Positions 1 to 10,101 of a stretch of 64,000 nucleotides of DNA are shown piece by piece. How positions within the stretch are numbered: the stretch's first letter is position 1; every line of letters starts with the position of its first letter. Both the position numbers and the translations under genes were made by a program. The notes under the pieces were generated by a model, which saw nothing but the letters and a program-made list of their open reading frames with translations, searched no databases and had not been told where the DNA came from. Source of the stretch: Alphaproteobacteria bacterium (lineage in GTDB: Bacteria > Pseudomonadota > Alphaproteobacteria > MPNO01 > UBA830); assembly GCA_964291215.2 (NCBI GenBank), contig OZ219790.1, positions 2,272,001 through 2,336,000 of the forward strand, given 5' to 3'.

Positions 1-569
1 ACGCGGCCCATCGCGGCATCACCGCCGCTATAGCCCATCGCGATCAGCAAATCGACAACTGCTCGTTCGAGAAACGCCGGTGCCGCATCGCGAACCCGAG
101 CCAGTACCTCGGCTTCCAGAGCGCTGCTCAGCTGTCGCCAGGCGTGGTCCAGAACTTCCTCCGGGGTGTCGGCGAGGTCTTCGTTCTGCTCGGATGTTGC
201 ATCTTCGCCGGTAGGCGGAGCGTTCGCGCGTTGCAACCATTTGGCGAAATTCGGGTACTCTCCAAGCAGGTTCAGGTCGATCCGCGAAGGCGCGCGAGAC
301 AACAAGCGTTCACCTTCGTCCGTGAGCCGATAGACACCGCGACGGACCCGCTCCAGCAGCCCGGCTCGTGCCATGTAGCTCACGGCCCAACTCACACGGT
401 TGACGAACACCGCCTGCCGACCGCTCAGGAGCATTTCCCGGACATCTTCCGCCGAGAGTCCCTCAGCGGCGGCAATACGCTCGCGGACTTCGGAAAGTGA
501 CAGCTCCCCATCGCCGACGAACGCCTTGAGAGCGGGAAGCATCAGCGACTGGAAATCAGGAACGGGCAT
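1..569 (-). CDS. mrr: Mrr-family type IV restriction endonuclease (runs off the left edge; absent from the ORF track)
   Basis: Manual translation from ATG at 569: MPVPDFQSLMLPALKA...FVNRVSWAVSYMARAGLLERVRRGVYRLTDEG...PEEVL...PAFLERAVVDLLIAMGY, typical Mrr N-terminal winged helix and start of the catalytic domain. Confidence 0.9.
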   Translation of the reverse strand, partial: MPVPDFQSLMLPALKAFVGDGELSLSEVRERIAAAEGLSAEDVREMLLSGRQAVFVNRVSWAVSYMARAGLLERVRRGVYRLTDEGERLLSRAPSRIDLNLLGEYPNFAKWLQRANAPPTGEDATSEQNEDLADTPEEVLDHAWRQLSSALEAEVLARVRDAAPAFLERAVVDLLIAMGYSGGDAAMGR

Positions 570-888
570 CGGCCGCCGCACCTGTTGTCGCCGCCTGCCG
601 CGGCGTCACGCATTTTACGATCTCGTGGCCCACCGCGATCTCCGCCCGGCGAAGCTCCCAGGTTTTTTGCAGGTTCATCCAGAGTTGCGGTGTCGTCCCG
701 AAATAGCGCGCAAGCCGCAGAGCCGTGTCCGCGCTCACACCCCGCTGACCGTTCAGGATCATCGTCACCCGGTTCACCGGCACGCCCAACGCCTTCGACA
801 GCGCATTGGCCGACAGGTCGAGTGCTTGGATTTCGTCGCGCAGGATTTCGCCGGGATGTACCGGCCTCATGCCGTTCCTCGTGTTCAT
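556..888 (-). CDS. higA: HigA-family antitoxin (HTH XRE)
   Basis: MRPVHPGEIL...SADTALRLARYFGTTPQLWMNLQ; directly downstream of higB. Confidence 0.93.
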   Translation of the reverse strand: MNTRNGMRPVHPGEILRDEIQALDLSANALSKALGVPVNRVTMILNGQRGVSADTALRLARYFGTTPQLWMNLQKTWELRRAEIAVGHEIVKCVTPRQAATTGAAADARS

Positions 889-899
889 TTCAGATTCCT

Positions 900-1184
900 T
901 CAGTGATAGTCCACGATCTCGACATCTTCCGGCCCGTCGTTGGTCCAGCGAAAGCAGACGCGCCATTGCGCGTTGATCCGAATGCTGTACTGCCCGGCGC
1001 GGTCGCCCCGCAGCGCCTCCAGCCGGTTGCTCGGCAACGCGGCAAGGTCTCCGAGCGTCTCCGCGCTGTCCAGCAGAACCAGCCGGCGCGCGGCCTGATT
1101 GGCGAAGGCCTGGAATGCCGCGACGCGTCGCCCCTCGAAAAAGCGCCGCGTCTCCCGATCCTTGAAGCTCCGAATCATGCGCAC
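900..1184 (-). CDS. higB: HigB-family toxin (RelE/ParE superfamily)
   Basis: MIRSFKDRET...PSNRLEALRGDRAGQYSIRINAQWRVCF...EIVDYH. Confidence 0.93.
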   Translation of the reverse strand: MRMIRSFKDRETRRFFEGRRVAAFQAFANQAARRLVLLDSAETLGDLAALPSNRLEALRGDRAGQYSIRINAQWRVCFRWTNDGPEDVEIVDYH

Positions 1185-1534
1185 CGACCGTAACTCATCT
1201 TACGCTTTCCGTAAAGGATGCTGCGGACCAACTCATGCTCGCGCTCTTGCCGGTTGGCGTGGCGTCCGGCGTCCGTGCCCTCCGACGGCGCAGACCGAGC
1301 GAATGACGCTGCCGATGAACAGGACTATGCACATTGCATCGTTCCCTCGTGCTTCCTATAGTGCCGCTCGGAAGCCGCGCGGCGGTTCGCAGGACTGCCT
1401 CCGCAAGTGCGCGGCGGGCGCTGTCGCTCAAACGTCGCTCGGGCTGATTGCCGATGGCACAACGGGTTGCATCGCCCGACGGGTTGAACGGTCAGGAAGC
1501 GCGATTGGAATGCCCTTCGGCGCGGTGGTTCTCA

Positions 1535-1626
1535 CACCCGAACCAATTGGATATGCTACGGTGCCAAACTGAGAATCGCGCCGGCGGGACTTTCACCCGC
1601 AAGTACAGCAGCTAGACTCGTTGCAC
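1535..1626 (-). ncRNA. Group II intron 5' end fragment
   Basis: Minus strand GTGCAACGAGTCTAGCTGCTGTACTTGCGGGTGAAAGTCCCGCC..., closely matching the intron start at 63067; left boundary approximate. Confidence 0.65.
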
Positions 1627-1808
1627 GTGTCTGGATGCTTCCGAACTTGGTTCTACGCCGAGGCTTGGTGCCGAAGCTATCTCACATCCATTGCCGCACT
1701 CGGCTACGGCCCACACGTCACCATCCAGATCGCTCTCGCCGGAAACACCGCCGACATGATCAAAATACACAACGCCAAACCCGCCTCAACGGAGGGTTAA
1801 GCAGATAC
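1627..1808 (+). mobile_element. IS66-family transposase C-terminal remnant and right end
   Basis: VSGCFRT..AEAWCRSYLTSIAALGYGPHVTIQIALAG, followed by an IS66-like end (AGCAGATAC). Confidence 0.6.
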
Positions 1809-1908
1809 AAAATCTCGCCAGTCGTCGCTGGATTGGCAGAGTCGGATCATTGTGATCTATTTTCCCGACGCAGCTGTCACGCCGAGGCATGGATGCTATA
1901 CTGACGCC

Positions 1909-2079
1909 ATGAAGGACGCACCGCCCGAAAAGCCTTCGAAATGGCTGCGGCCCGAATACATCCTGATCGGGGCGCTGCTGCTGATCGGCGCCCTCGCGGT
2001 GCCCGCCGTCGCCAACGTCTACCTCCTGCAATCGATGGTGGTGGCGTTCTGCGCCGGGCTCGGCATTCCCGTCAACTAG
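1909..2079 (+). CDS. Small membrane protein (56 aa), possibly leaderless
   Basis: Two hydrophobic stretches; extended -10 TGCTATACT ends 6 nt before the ATG. Confidence 0.5.
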   Translation: MKDAPPEKPSKWLRPEYILIGALLLIGALAVPAVANVYLLQSMVVAFCAGLGIPVN

Positions 2080-2095
2080 CGCCGTCGGCGCGCCG

Positions 2096-4132
2096 TCAAC
2101 GTCCCTCGCGGCGCCACGCCCACACCAGCGCCCCGAGGCCAAGGAGCAGGACTGCGAGCGGCGGCAGGAGCGGTATTTCACGCACGCTGGCGACACGGTA
2201 GTCGCGGTTCGCGACGACGCCCATCCACTGCGATCCCGATGCCGGACGACCGGGCCGCACGCGGCGCAGGTCCGGCAGGCCGTCGCGCAACCAGGCGATG
2301 CCGCCGCCCGACAGCGCAGCTGCGTTGGCCAGCAGTTGGGAACTCGCGCGCATGTCTGCGAACTCCTTCGGGTTGGGGCTGCCGACCGCGATCACGGCGC
2401 TGCGCCGACCGTCCCCGATCCTGTAGATGCCGACCCCCTCGACCGGCAGGGCGGCCCTCGCCCGCCCGCCTGCGCCCTTATCAAGAACCAGCGTCCGCAC
2501 AGTGCCGGACGGGGCCGTCACCGTGATTTCGCCATGCTCGTCCGAAGCGCTCCTGCTGACGATCACCAGCTCGTTGCCCTCGACCCGGGCGCTGATGGCC
2601 TCCTCCTCGAGACCAGGCTCCTTCATCAGCCAGTGCGCGAGCCGTCGCAGGATCTCGGCATGCGGCCCGCCGCCCTCAAACCCGCGCGCCCAAAGCCAGA
2701 TATGGTCGCTGAGCAGTTGCGCAACCCGGCCCTCACCGATGCGGTCGAGCATCAGCAGCGGCTGGCGGTCGGCGCCGTCCATCAGCGTCTCGCCCCGCCC
2801 GGCAACCACCGCGACCTGCCTGAACCAGCGTCCCCACGGCGGCCCCTCGCCGTCGGCGCCGACCAGATCCGCGGTTACCGGATGGCGGCGGCCGTAGAGC
2901 GTGATCTGCGGCCTGAGGCCGCCCTTGATCACGCTGCCCGACGGACGGCCGGGGAGGATATCGCCGAGCGCCGTCCGATGGAGACTGAGCGGCGATGCGG
3001 CCGCCGGCCCCGCGACGTTGAGCACCGCGCCGCCATTCTGCACGTAGCGCACGATATTCTCGAAATACAAGCCGGGCAGCACGCCGCGGCGGTGATAGCG
3101 GTCGAAGATGATGAGATCGAACTCGTCGATCTTCTCCTCGAACAGCTCGCGCACCGGAAAGGCGATCAACGCAAGTTCCCGGACCGGGGTCGAATCCTGC
3201 TTGTCGGGCGGCCGCAGGATGGTGAAGTGGATCAGGTCAACGGAGGGATCGGCCTTGAGGAAATTCCGCCACACCCGCTCGCCGGCATGGGGCTCGCCGG
3301 AAACGAGAAGGACGCGAAGCCGTTCGCGGACGCCGTTCACCTGGACCACGGCGCGGTTGTTGCCGTCGAAGATCTCGCCCTCCGCGGGCGACGCCTGCAG
3401 CTGCAGGATGTTCGCACCCGCATGTTCGAGCCGGAACGGTATGCGGACACTGCGGCCCGCGGGGACGGTGATCGTGCGCACCGCCGCGCCGTCGCGCCTG
3501 AGTTCGACCTCGGCAGCGGCGCCCTCACGGTCGCGGATCGAGACCTCGATCTCGACGGTCCTGCCGACGAGGCCGAAACGCGGCGCACGCTCGACGACCA
3601 GGCGGCGGTCGCGCTCGCCGGGCGCGCCGGTCAGCAGGACATGGACCGGCCCGGGCAACGCCAGGTCCGCCGCCTCCGCGGGTGCATCGTGCACTTGGCC
3701 GTCGGTGACGAGAAAGGTCGCGCCGATGCGCCCGCGCGGCACGTTCGCAAGCGCCCGCTCGACCGCGTAGAAAAGTGCCGTGCCGTCGCTGCGGGCGCCG
3801 GCGCGGATGACACGCGGCTCGACCCCGCGCAGGCGGTCGAGCCGCGTCGTGAGCCGCTCGACCGAGGCCTGGGTCTCCGCGATGCGGTCGCCGATGCGTT
3901 GCGACGGGCTCTCGTCGACGACCACCACCGCCACGTCGTCTACAGGTATCCGCTCCTGTTCGACCAGCACCGGGTCGGCAAGTGCGCCAAGCAGCACCGC
4001 CGCGGCCGCGATCCTCCAAGCGGCGCCACGCGCGCGGCGCCACAGCGCGTACCCCCCGATCAGCAGGATCGCCGCCGCGAGCGCAGCAAGGACGGACCAA
4101 GAAAAGGACGGCGTGAAGGCGATCTGCGTCAT
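2096..4132 (-). CDS. Membrane protein with vWA-like and GATase1-like domains (MoxR operon)
   Basis: N- and C-terminal TM helices; VVDESPS and TDGQ motifs; LRVLLVSGEPHAGERVWRN. Confidence 0.85.
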   Translation of the reverse strand: MTQIAFTPSFSWSVLAALAAAILLIGGYALWRRARGAAWRIAAAAVLLGALADPVLVEQERIPVDDVAVVVVDESPSQRIGDRIAETQASVERLTTRLDRLRGVEPRVIRAGARSDGTALFYAVERALANVPRGRIGATFLVTDGQVHDAPAEAADLALPGPVHVLLTGAPGERDRRLVVERAPRFGLVGRTVEIEVSIRDREGAAAEVELRRDGAAVRTITVPAGRSVRIPFRLEHAGANILQLQASPAEGEIFDGNNRAVVQVNGVRERLRVLLVSGEPHAGERVWRNFLKADPSVDLIHFTILRPPDKQDSTPVRELALIAFPVRELFEEKIDEFDLIIFDRYHRRGVLPGLYFENIVRYVQNGGAVLNVAGPAAASPLSLHRTALGDILPGRPSGSVIKGGLRPQITLYGRRHPVTADLVGADGEGPPWGRWFRQVAVVAGRGETLMDGADRQPLLMLDRIGEGRVAQLLSDHIWLWARGFEGGGPHAEILRRLAHWLMKEPGLEEEAISARVEGNELVIVSRSASDEHGEITVTAPSGTVRTLVLDKGAGGRARAALPVEGVGIYRIGDGRRSAVIAVGSPNPKEFADMRASSQLLANAAALSGGGIAWLRDGLPDLRRVRPGRPASGSQWMGVVANRDYRVASVREIPLLPPLAVLLLGLGALVWAWRREGR

Positions 4133-4133
4133 T

Positions 4134-6884
4134 TCACTGGCCCAGCCGTTCAATGATCGCGTTCACGTGCACTTGGTCGGCCTTGTAGTTGCCGGTCAGC
4201 GCATACATCACCCAGTTGACGCCGAAGCGGTACGCCATCTCGCGCTGCCGCTCGCCATCGGGCACCACCGCGGCCAGCGGCCGGCCGGACCGGTCGACCG
4301 CCCATGCAGCGGCCCAGTCGTTGGAACCGATCACAACCGACGAAACGCCGTCATTGTGGCGGCCGCCGCGGCGCTCGACCCATACCGGGCCGCCGGCCCA
4401 CCGCCCGGGGAAGTCGTCGAGCAGGTAGAACGACCTGCCGAGCACGTGATCCTCCGGCAGCCTCGTCAGCAAGGGCACGTCGAGCCCGTCGAGCAGCCGC
4501 CGGAGATTGAGCGCGGCTGCGCCGCTGCCGCCGCGGGCACGCGTATCGAACAGTATCGTGCCGCCGGTACGGAGGAAGCGGGCGAGCTGGCGCCGCGCGC
4601 GTTCCGAAGGCACCTGCTGGCGCCGAGAAACCGCCCAGTAAAGGAGCGGAAACAGCGCAAGGTCGTCGGTCTCGATGTCGACGGCAATCGTCTCGCCCGG
4701 CTCGACCGACGTGCGGGTCTTCAGCACCCTGGCGAGGCCGTGCATGCCAGCCTCCGTCATCTCGTCGAGCGCCCGATCGCCGGTGCGGACATAGGCAAGC
4801 CGGGTCACGGACGTCGCCTCAATTGCCCGGCGGTCGGCAGCATCCGCCGCACCGCCGGGCATGGTCTGGGCCGCGCCGGCGCCCGGATCCGCGGCTAACA
4901 GGGCGAGGCCGGCGACGCCGGCGGCGACAGCCCTTCCGGGCCGCGGGAGGCGCAGCAGCCCGCGGAGTGCGAGGCTAGCGGCGAAGTCGGCCAGCACGAG
5001 GAGAAGCGCCGCAAGAAGGAGCCACGGCCTGAAATCGAGCACCGAGCCGCGGACCAGCGCCTGTCGCTCGACCCCTGCAGGCAGGCCGCCGATAGCCGCG
5101 AGCCGGTCGATGCCGGCCGCCAGGTTGAGGGCACGCCGCGCCGTCTCGGTCCCGTAATAGCCGGGCGGCGTCGCCGCCGACGGCGCGAGGCCGGGCAATT
5201 CCCGCAACGACACGCTCACCGCGTCCGTCGGCGGCGGCCCCAGGCGGCCGAACCCGTCGAGGGTCCGGAACGGAGGCAGGACGGCGTCGGCGCGGGTGCC
5301 GATAACACCGACGCTTAGCGCAACGATGCGGCGCAGCATGTCCACGAACAGGCCGGAGATAGGCAGGTTCGACCAGTCGGTGTTCGCCGTCGTGTGAATC
5401 AGCACGAGCCAGCCGCGGCCGCGCCTCTCCGCGGTAACCAGCGGCGTTCCGTCGGAAAGCCGCGCCCAGGTCCTGCGGTCGAGGTCGAGCTCGGGCTCGG
5501 CGAGGACCTGACGGCGGACGCGCACGTCGGCCGGCGGCGCGAGCCCGGCGAAGGGGCTGGCTTCCTCGAACGGCAGCAGCCGCGCCGGCTCGGTCCACGA
5601 CATCGTGCCACCAAGCGAGCGGTCGCCGCCGCGCAGCCGCACCGGCAGCATCGCGTCCTCGGCGACGCCGGCAGCGGCGGCAAGTTTCGGTCCGGCAAAT
5701 CGCAGGAGGACCCCACCCCGGTCGATCCACCCGGCGAGCGCCGCCGCGTCGCCGGCAAGCAGCCGGCCGGCGTCCGGCAGCGCAATGACGGCAAGTCCGC
5801 GCTCCAGCAGTTCCACGACGCTCCCCCTGCGCACCTCGGCAAACGGAGCCAGCGCCCTCTCAAGGTAGTAGGTGGCGGACAGGAGAGGCTGTTCGGCCTC
5901 GACGGCATCGCCCGGAACGACGCCGACCGGGCGGCGGCGCCAGCGTTCGTCGATGAGGAACACGCCGCCGGCGCTGTCGGCAGCGACCAGCGCGACGCGC
6001 GCGACTTCGTTGCGGAGCTCGGCCGGCAAATCGATGCGAACCGTGGCCTGCGCGGCACCGCTCTCGAAACGGCCGGCGCGCCCCTCGGCGACGAGGCGTC
6101 CATCCTCTGCGAGCGCCTGGAGCCGGATGTCGCGAATGGCCGGCACGGCGATGCGCGAGACTGGAACCGAGAATCCGTCATCGCCCGATTCCGGCGCACC
6201 GACGAGCCATGCCCGCACCGCAGCGGGCTGCTCGATGACGGTGAGGCTTCCAAGTGACTGCAGCCGGCTGGCGAGGGCGGCCGCGGCGGGACCTCCGATG
6301 CCGTCGGCGATCCAGACGGCATGGGCGGAGCCCTCCACGCTAAGTTCGCGCAAGGCCGTCAGTGCTGCGGCGCGGTCGGGTGGCCACGGCTTGGGCGCCA
6401 GCCCGGCGAGCAGGCTCCTGGCATCGGCGGCACGCATAAGTCTGCTGACCTCAAGCGGTTCGGACGCCCGCGCAAGCGTGGTCGTCAGGAAATGCACCGG
6501 CCGGTTCTCCCGTTCCGCCCGGACCAGCAGCTCGTCGATCCTGTTCCGGCGCTCTGCCCAATCCGGCGCCGACGCCCAGCCGTCATCGACGACCAACACC
6601 AGCGGCCCAGTACCGTGGAATTTGACCCCCGGGTTGAGAAGCGGATGCGCGAGCGCGAAGATGACCAGCGCGGCGGCAAGGATACGCAGCACGATCAGCC
6701 ACCACGGCGTACGGGCAGGCGTCTCCTCACGGGGGCGCAGCGCAAGCAGCAGCCTGACGGGCGGGAAGCTGACCACGCGCGGCGACGGCGGCGTAACCCG
6801 CAGCAGCCACCACAGCGCCGGCAGGGCGGCGAGCGCGGCCAGCAGCCACGGCGACGAAAAGACGAGGCCGCCGAGTTCCGGCAT
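4134..6884 (-). CDS. BatA N-terminal / vWA / DUF4159 membrane protein
   Basis: PWLLAALAALPALWWLLRVTPP at the N-terminus; RFGVNWVMYALTGNYKADQVH at the C-terminus. Confidence 0.88.
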   Translation of the reverse strand: MPELGGLVFSSPWLLAALAALPALWWLLRVTPPSPRVVSFPPVRLLLALRPREETPARTPWWLIVLRILAAALVIFALAHPLLNPGVKFHGTGPLVLVVDDGWASAPDWAERRNRIDELLVRAERENRPVHFLTTTLARASEPLEVSRLMRAADARSLLAGLAPKPWPPDRAAALTALRELSVEGSAHAVWIADGIGGPAAAALASRLQSLGSLTVIEQPAAVRAWLVGAPESGDDGFSVPVSRIAVPAIRDIRLQALAEDGRLVAEGRAGRFESGAAQATVRIDLPAELRNEVARVALVAADSAGGVFLIDERWRRRPVGVVPGDAVEAEQPLLSATYYLERALAPFAEVRRGSVVELLERGLAVIALPDAGRLLAGDAAALAGWIDRGGVLLRFAGPKLAAAAGVAEDAMLPVRLRGGDRSLGGTMSWTEPARLLPFEEASPFAGLAPPADVRVRRQVLAEPELDLDRRTWARLSDGTPLVTAERRGRGWLVLIHTTANTDWSNLPISGLFVDMLRRIVALSVGVIGTRADAVLPPFRTLDGFGRLGPPPTDAVSVSLRELPGLAPSAATPPGYYGTETARRALNLAAGIDRLAAIGGLPAGVERQALVRGSVLDFRPWLLLAALLLVLADFAASLALRGLLRLPRPGRAVAAGVAGLALLAADPGAGAAQTMPGGAADAADRRAIEATSVTRLAYVRTGDRALDEMTEAGMHGLARVLKTRTSVEPGETIAVDIETDDLALFPLLYWAVSRRQQVPSERARRQLARFLRTGGTILFDTRARGGSGAAALNLRRLLDGLDVPLLTRLPEDHVLGRSFYLLDDFPGRWAGGPVWVERRGGRHNDGVSSVVIGSNDWAAAWAVDRSGRPLAAVVPDGERQREMAYRFGVNWVMYALTGNYKADQVHVNAIIERLGQ

Positions 6885-7799
6885 TCAGCGGTTCTCCTTC
6901 TCCGACATCAGCATGTGAAGCGCAAGTAGCGCCGGTCCGGCGGAGCGGTCGGTCCGATGCAGAGTTAGCGACCAGCCGTTGTGCCGGCAGATGTCGGCCA
7001 GAGCGTCACGGTCGGCGCGGACGGCAAGGCGGTACTCCTCGTCGACCGAGTCGGCGCGCCCAAGCAGCACCCCGCCCTCGCCTTCGAGGCCCTCGAACCG
7101 GGTTCGTCCGCGAAACGGCAGATCCTCTTCCGCCGGATCGCGGACGGCGACGAGGTGGCCCATATATCCCCGCGTCGAGAAGGCGCGGACCACCGGGGCG
7201 ATATCCGCCGGCGCGTCGAGGAAGTCACCGACAAGGACGAGGCGGCTGTGACGCCTCAGCGCCTCGAGCCGCGGCAGGCCGGATCGGCCGTAGTCGTTCT
7301 TGTCGCCGGTCAGCACCGCGGCCAGGTGCAGCAGGGCTGCGCGCCCGCCGACGGGCCGCGCGCCGGTCTCGAGGAGCGCGATCCGCTCGCCGCCGTCGGC
7401 GAGCAGCGAGGCGAGCGCAAGCGCGATCACCGCCGCCCGCTCGGCCTTGGTCGGCAGCTCGGGATGGGAATGCCAGCCCATCGACGGCGACCGATCGACC
7501 CAGAAATACACGTTCTGCGCCGCTTCCCATTCGTTCTCGCGGATATAGGCAGACTGCGCCCGCGCCGACTGGCGCCAGTCTATGTCCTGCGCCGGGTCGC
7601 CGGGCTGGTAGCGGCGGTACTGCCAGAAGCTGTCGCCGGTGCCGGTGCGGCGCCGGCCATGGACGCCCTGAGCGACCACGGTGGCGACCCGTTCCGCCTG
7701 GACCAGCAGCGGCGGTAGCGGCGCTGCCGCCTCCTCGGCGCGCAGCCAGACCCTGCTCTCGGAGAGCGACGTGTTGACGGCTGGTCGCGGCGATCTCAC
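6885..7799 (-). CDS. DUF58 protein
   Basis: GVHGRRRTGTGDSFWQYRRYQPGD...IDWRQSAR; GTG start overlaps the moxR stop. Confidence 0.88.
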   Translation of the reverse strand: MRSPRPAVNTSLSESRVWLRAEEAAAPLPPLLVQAERVATVVAQGVHGRRRTGTGDSFWQYRRYQPGDPAQDIDWRQSARAQSAYIRENEWEAAQNVYFWVDRSPSMGWHSHPELPTKAERAAVIALALASLLADGGERIALLETGARPVGGRAALLHLAAVLTGDKNDYGRSGLPRLEALRRHSRLVLVGDFLDAPADIAPVVRAFSTRGYMGHLVAVRDPAEEDLPFRGRTRFEGLEGEGGVLLGRADSVDEEYRLAVRADRDALADICRHNGWSLTLHRTDRSAGPALLALHMLMSEKENR

Positions 7800-8800
7800 G
7801 CGAGCAGCGCGCACATGCGCCCGATGATGTCGTCGACGGTGATGCCGTCCGCACGGGCCGAAAAGGTCAGCGCAATGCGGTGGCGGAGCACCGAGGGGGC
7901 AACGGCGACCACATCGTCGACCGACGGCGAGAGCCTGCCGGCGAGCAGCGCCCGTGCCTTGCTGGCGAGCACCAGCGCCTGGCTCGCCCTCGGGCCCGGC
8001 CCCCACGACAGGTTGCTGCGGATCGCCGGGTCGGCGCTCTCCTCGGGACGCGCGGCCCGCACCAGCTCGAGGATGGCGTCGACGACGGCGTCGCCAATCG
8101 GGATCGTGCGCACCAGCCGCTGCGCGGCGATGAGGTCGGCGGCGGTGAGGACCTGTTCGACGCGCGACTCCTCGATGCCGGTAGTCGCCACGAGCATGCG
8201 CTTTTCCGCTTCGGCGTCGGGATAACCGACATCGATCTGCAGCAGAAAGCGATCGAGCTGAGCCTCGGGCAGCGGGTAGGTGCCCTCGAGCTCGATGGGG
8301 TTCTGGGTGGCGAGCACGTGGAACGGGGCCGGCAGCGCGTGGTCCTGGCCAGCCACCGAAACCTTGTATTCCTGCATCGCCTGAAGAAGCGCCGACTGGG
8401 TGCGGGGGCTGGCGCGGTTGATCTCGTCGGCCATCAGCACCTGACTGAAGACCGGACCACGAATGAAGCGAAAGGACCGGCGGCCAGTCTCGCTCTCCTC
8501 GAGCACTTCAGATCCGAGGATGTCCGGGGGCATCAGGTCCGGCGTGAACTGGACGCGGCGCGCCTCGAGCCCGAGAATGGTGCCGAGCGTCTCGACGAGG
8601 AGAGTTTTGCCGAGCCCGGGATAGCCAACGAGCAGCGCGTGCCCGCCGGAAAAGATGGCGATCAGCGCCAGTTCGATGACGTCGTGTTGGCCGAATATGG
8701 CGGCACCAATGTTCCGTCTGACTGTGGCCATGCGACGGCCGCACGCCTCGATGTCCGCGATCAGGCGGTCGGAGACCGGGGTGGCTTCGATTTCGCTCAC
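7796..8800 (-). CDS. moxR: MoxR-family AAA+ ATPase
   Basis: GYPGLGKT, RVQFTPDLMP, DEINRASPRTQSALL, ATQNPIELEGTYPLPEAQLDRF. Confidence 0.95.
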   Translation of the reverse strand: MSEIEATPVSDRLIADIEACGRRMATVRRNIGAAIFGQHDVIELALIAIFSGGHALLVGYPGLGKTLLVETLGTILGLEARRVQFTPDLMPPDILGSEVLEESETGRRSFRFIRGPVFSQVLMADEINRASPRTQSALLQAMQEYKVSVAGQDHALPAPFHVLATQNPIELEGTYPLPEAQLDRFLLQIDVGYPDAEAEKRMLVATTGIEESRVEQVLTAADLIAAQRLVRTIPIGDAVVDAILELVRAARPEESADPAIRSNLSWGPGPRASQALVLASKARALLAGRLSPSVDDVVAVAPSVLRHRIALTFSARADGITVDDIIGRMCALLA

Positions 8801-8918
8801 TTCAAACTCCGTGCTGCGGGGTGTAGATTCTAGCCGATGTCGAACCGTCCTGTCTCATTTTCTTCGCGCCGCCGCGCGACGGGCTTCGGCGACTGCCGTC
8901 ACGGGACGGTGGTGCGCC

Positions 8919-9479
8919 ATGGTTGACGACGCGCTGGCCAGCCTCGGCTCCGCGCTGCCGCCGCGCAGCGATACGCCGGCAGGCGCCGCGCCGCAGATGT
9001 GTGGCGACATCGACATGCGGATCGCGCGCGACGGTACCTGGCATTATCTGGGCTCGCCGATCGGGCGCAAGCCGCTGGTCCGGCTCTTCGCCTCGGTGCT
9101 GCGACGTGACGACGCTGGCGACTACTGGCTCGTCACTCCGGCCGAGATGTGCCGCATCAGGGTCGACGACGCGCCGTTCACCGCAGTCGAGGTGACGGCG
9201 ACCGGCGCCGGCGACCGTCAGGAGCTTGCGTTCCGCACCAACCTCGACGACACCGTCACGGCCGGGCCCGACCATCCCATCCGGGTGGACATCGCCGCCG
9301 GCACCGGCGAGCCGTCGCCCTATGTCCTTGTGCGCAACCGGCTCGAGGGCCTGATCACGCGGCCGGTCTTCTACGAACTGGTGGAGCTCGGCGTGGAGCG
9401 CGCGACCGCATCGGGCACCGTGCTCGGGGTATGGAGCGGCGGCGCGTTCTTCGAGATCGGAGCGCTCGGGGATGGCTGA
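8919..9479 (+). CDS. DUF1285 protein
   Basis: CGDIDMRIARDGTWHYLGSPIGRKPLVRLFASVL...LVTPAE...VDDAPF. Confidence 0.88.
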   Translation: MVDDALASLGSALPPRSDTPAGAAPQMCGDIDMRIARDGTWHYLGSPIGRKPLVRLFASVLRRDDAGDYWLVTPAEMCRIRVDDAPFTAVEVTATGAGDRQELAFRTNLDDTVTAGPDHPIRVDIAAGTGEPSPYVLVRNRLEGLITRPVFYELVELGVERATASGTVLGVWSGGAFFEIGALGDG

Positions 9480-10101
9480 CGCGGGCACGTGCGCGCTCCA
9501 TGAACGCCTCGCCTTGGCGCTCCGCGCCGCGGAGGGTGGCGCGGCGGCGGCCGACCATGACGGCTTCGGATGGCTGGAGCAGAAACCCGACATCCGGCCG
9601 GCGAAGCTCACGTCGGCAGCCGTGCTGATGCCTGTCGTCGCACGACCGGAAGGGGCGACCGTGCTGCTGACGCGGCGCGCGCCCGACCTCGCGAGCCATG
9701 CCGGACAGGTCTCCTTTCCGGGCGGAAAGATCGATCCGGATGACGCGTCCGCCGCGGACGCGGCGCTGCGCGAAACCGAGGAGGAGATCGGCCTCGCCCG
9801 CGACCGCATAGAGGTGCTCGGGCAGCTCGGCGACCGCGTTACCGGCAGCGGATACCGGGTCACCCCCGTGCTCGGCCTAGTGCGGCCGCCGTTTCCACTC
9901 GCGCCGGCAAACGCCGAGGTCGAGACGATCTTCGAGGTTCCGCTGTCCTTCGTTCTCGACCGCGGGAACCACCGGACCGAGACCCGCTACCAGAAGGGCC
10001 TCGAGCGGGTATTCTACGTGCTGCCGTACGGGGAGTTCTACATCTGGGGCCTGACGGCGCGGCTCCTGGTCGCGCTCTGCAACATCCTGGACCCGTCATG
10101 A
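9472..10101 (+). CDS. Nudix CoA pyrophosphatase (NudL-like)
   Basis: LLTRRA..HAGQVSFPGG...ALRETEEEIGL...IWGLTA. Confidence 0.92.
   Translation: MADAGTCALHERLALALRAAEGGAAAADHDGFGWLEQKPDIRPAKLTSAAVLMPVVARPEGATVLLTRRAPDLASHAGQVSFPGGKIDPDDASAADAALRETEEEIGLARDRIEVLGQLGDRVTGSGYRVTPVLGLVRPPFPLAPANAEVETIFEVPLSFVLDRGNHRTETRYQKGLERVFYVLPYGEFYIWGLTARLLVALCNILDPS

Noticed and set aside
2096-8800. MoxR-DUF58-BatA/DUF4159-GATase operon as a novel system
   Set aside because: Poorly characterised but widespread and conserved in Alphaproteobacteria
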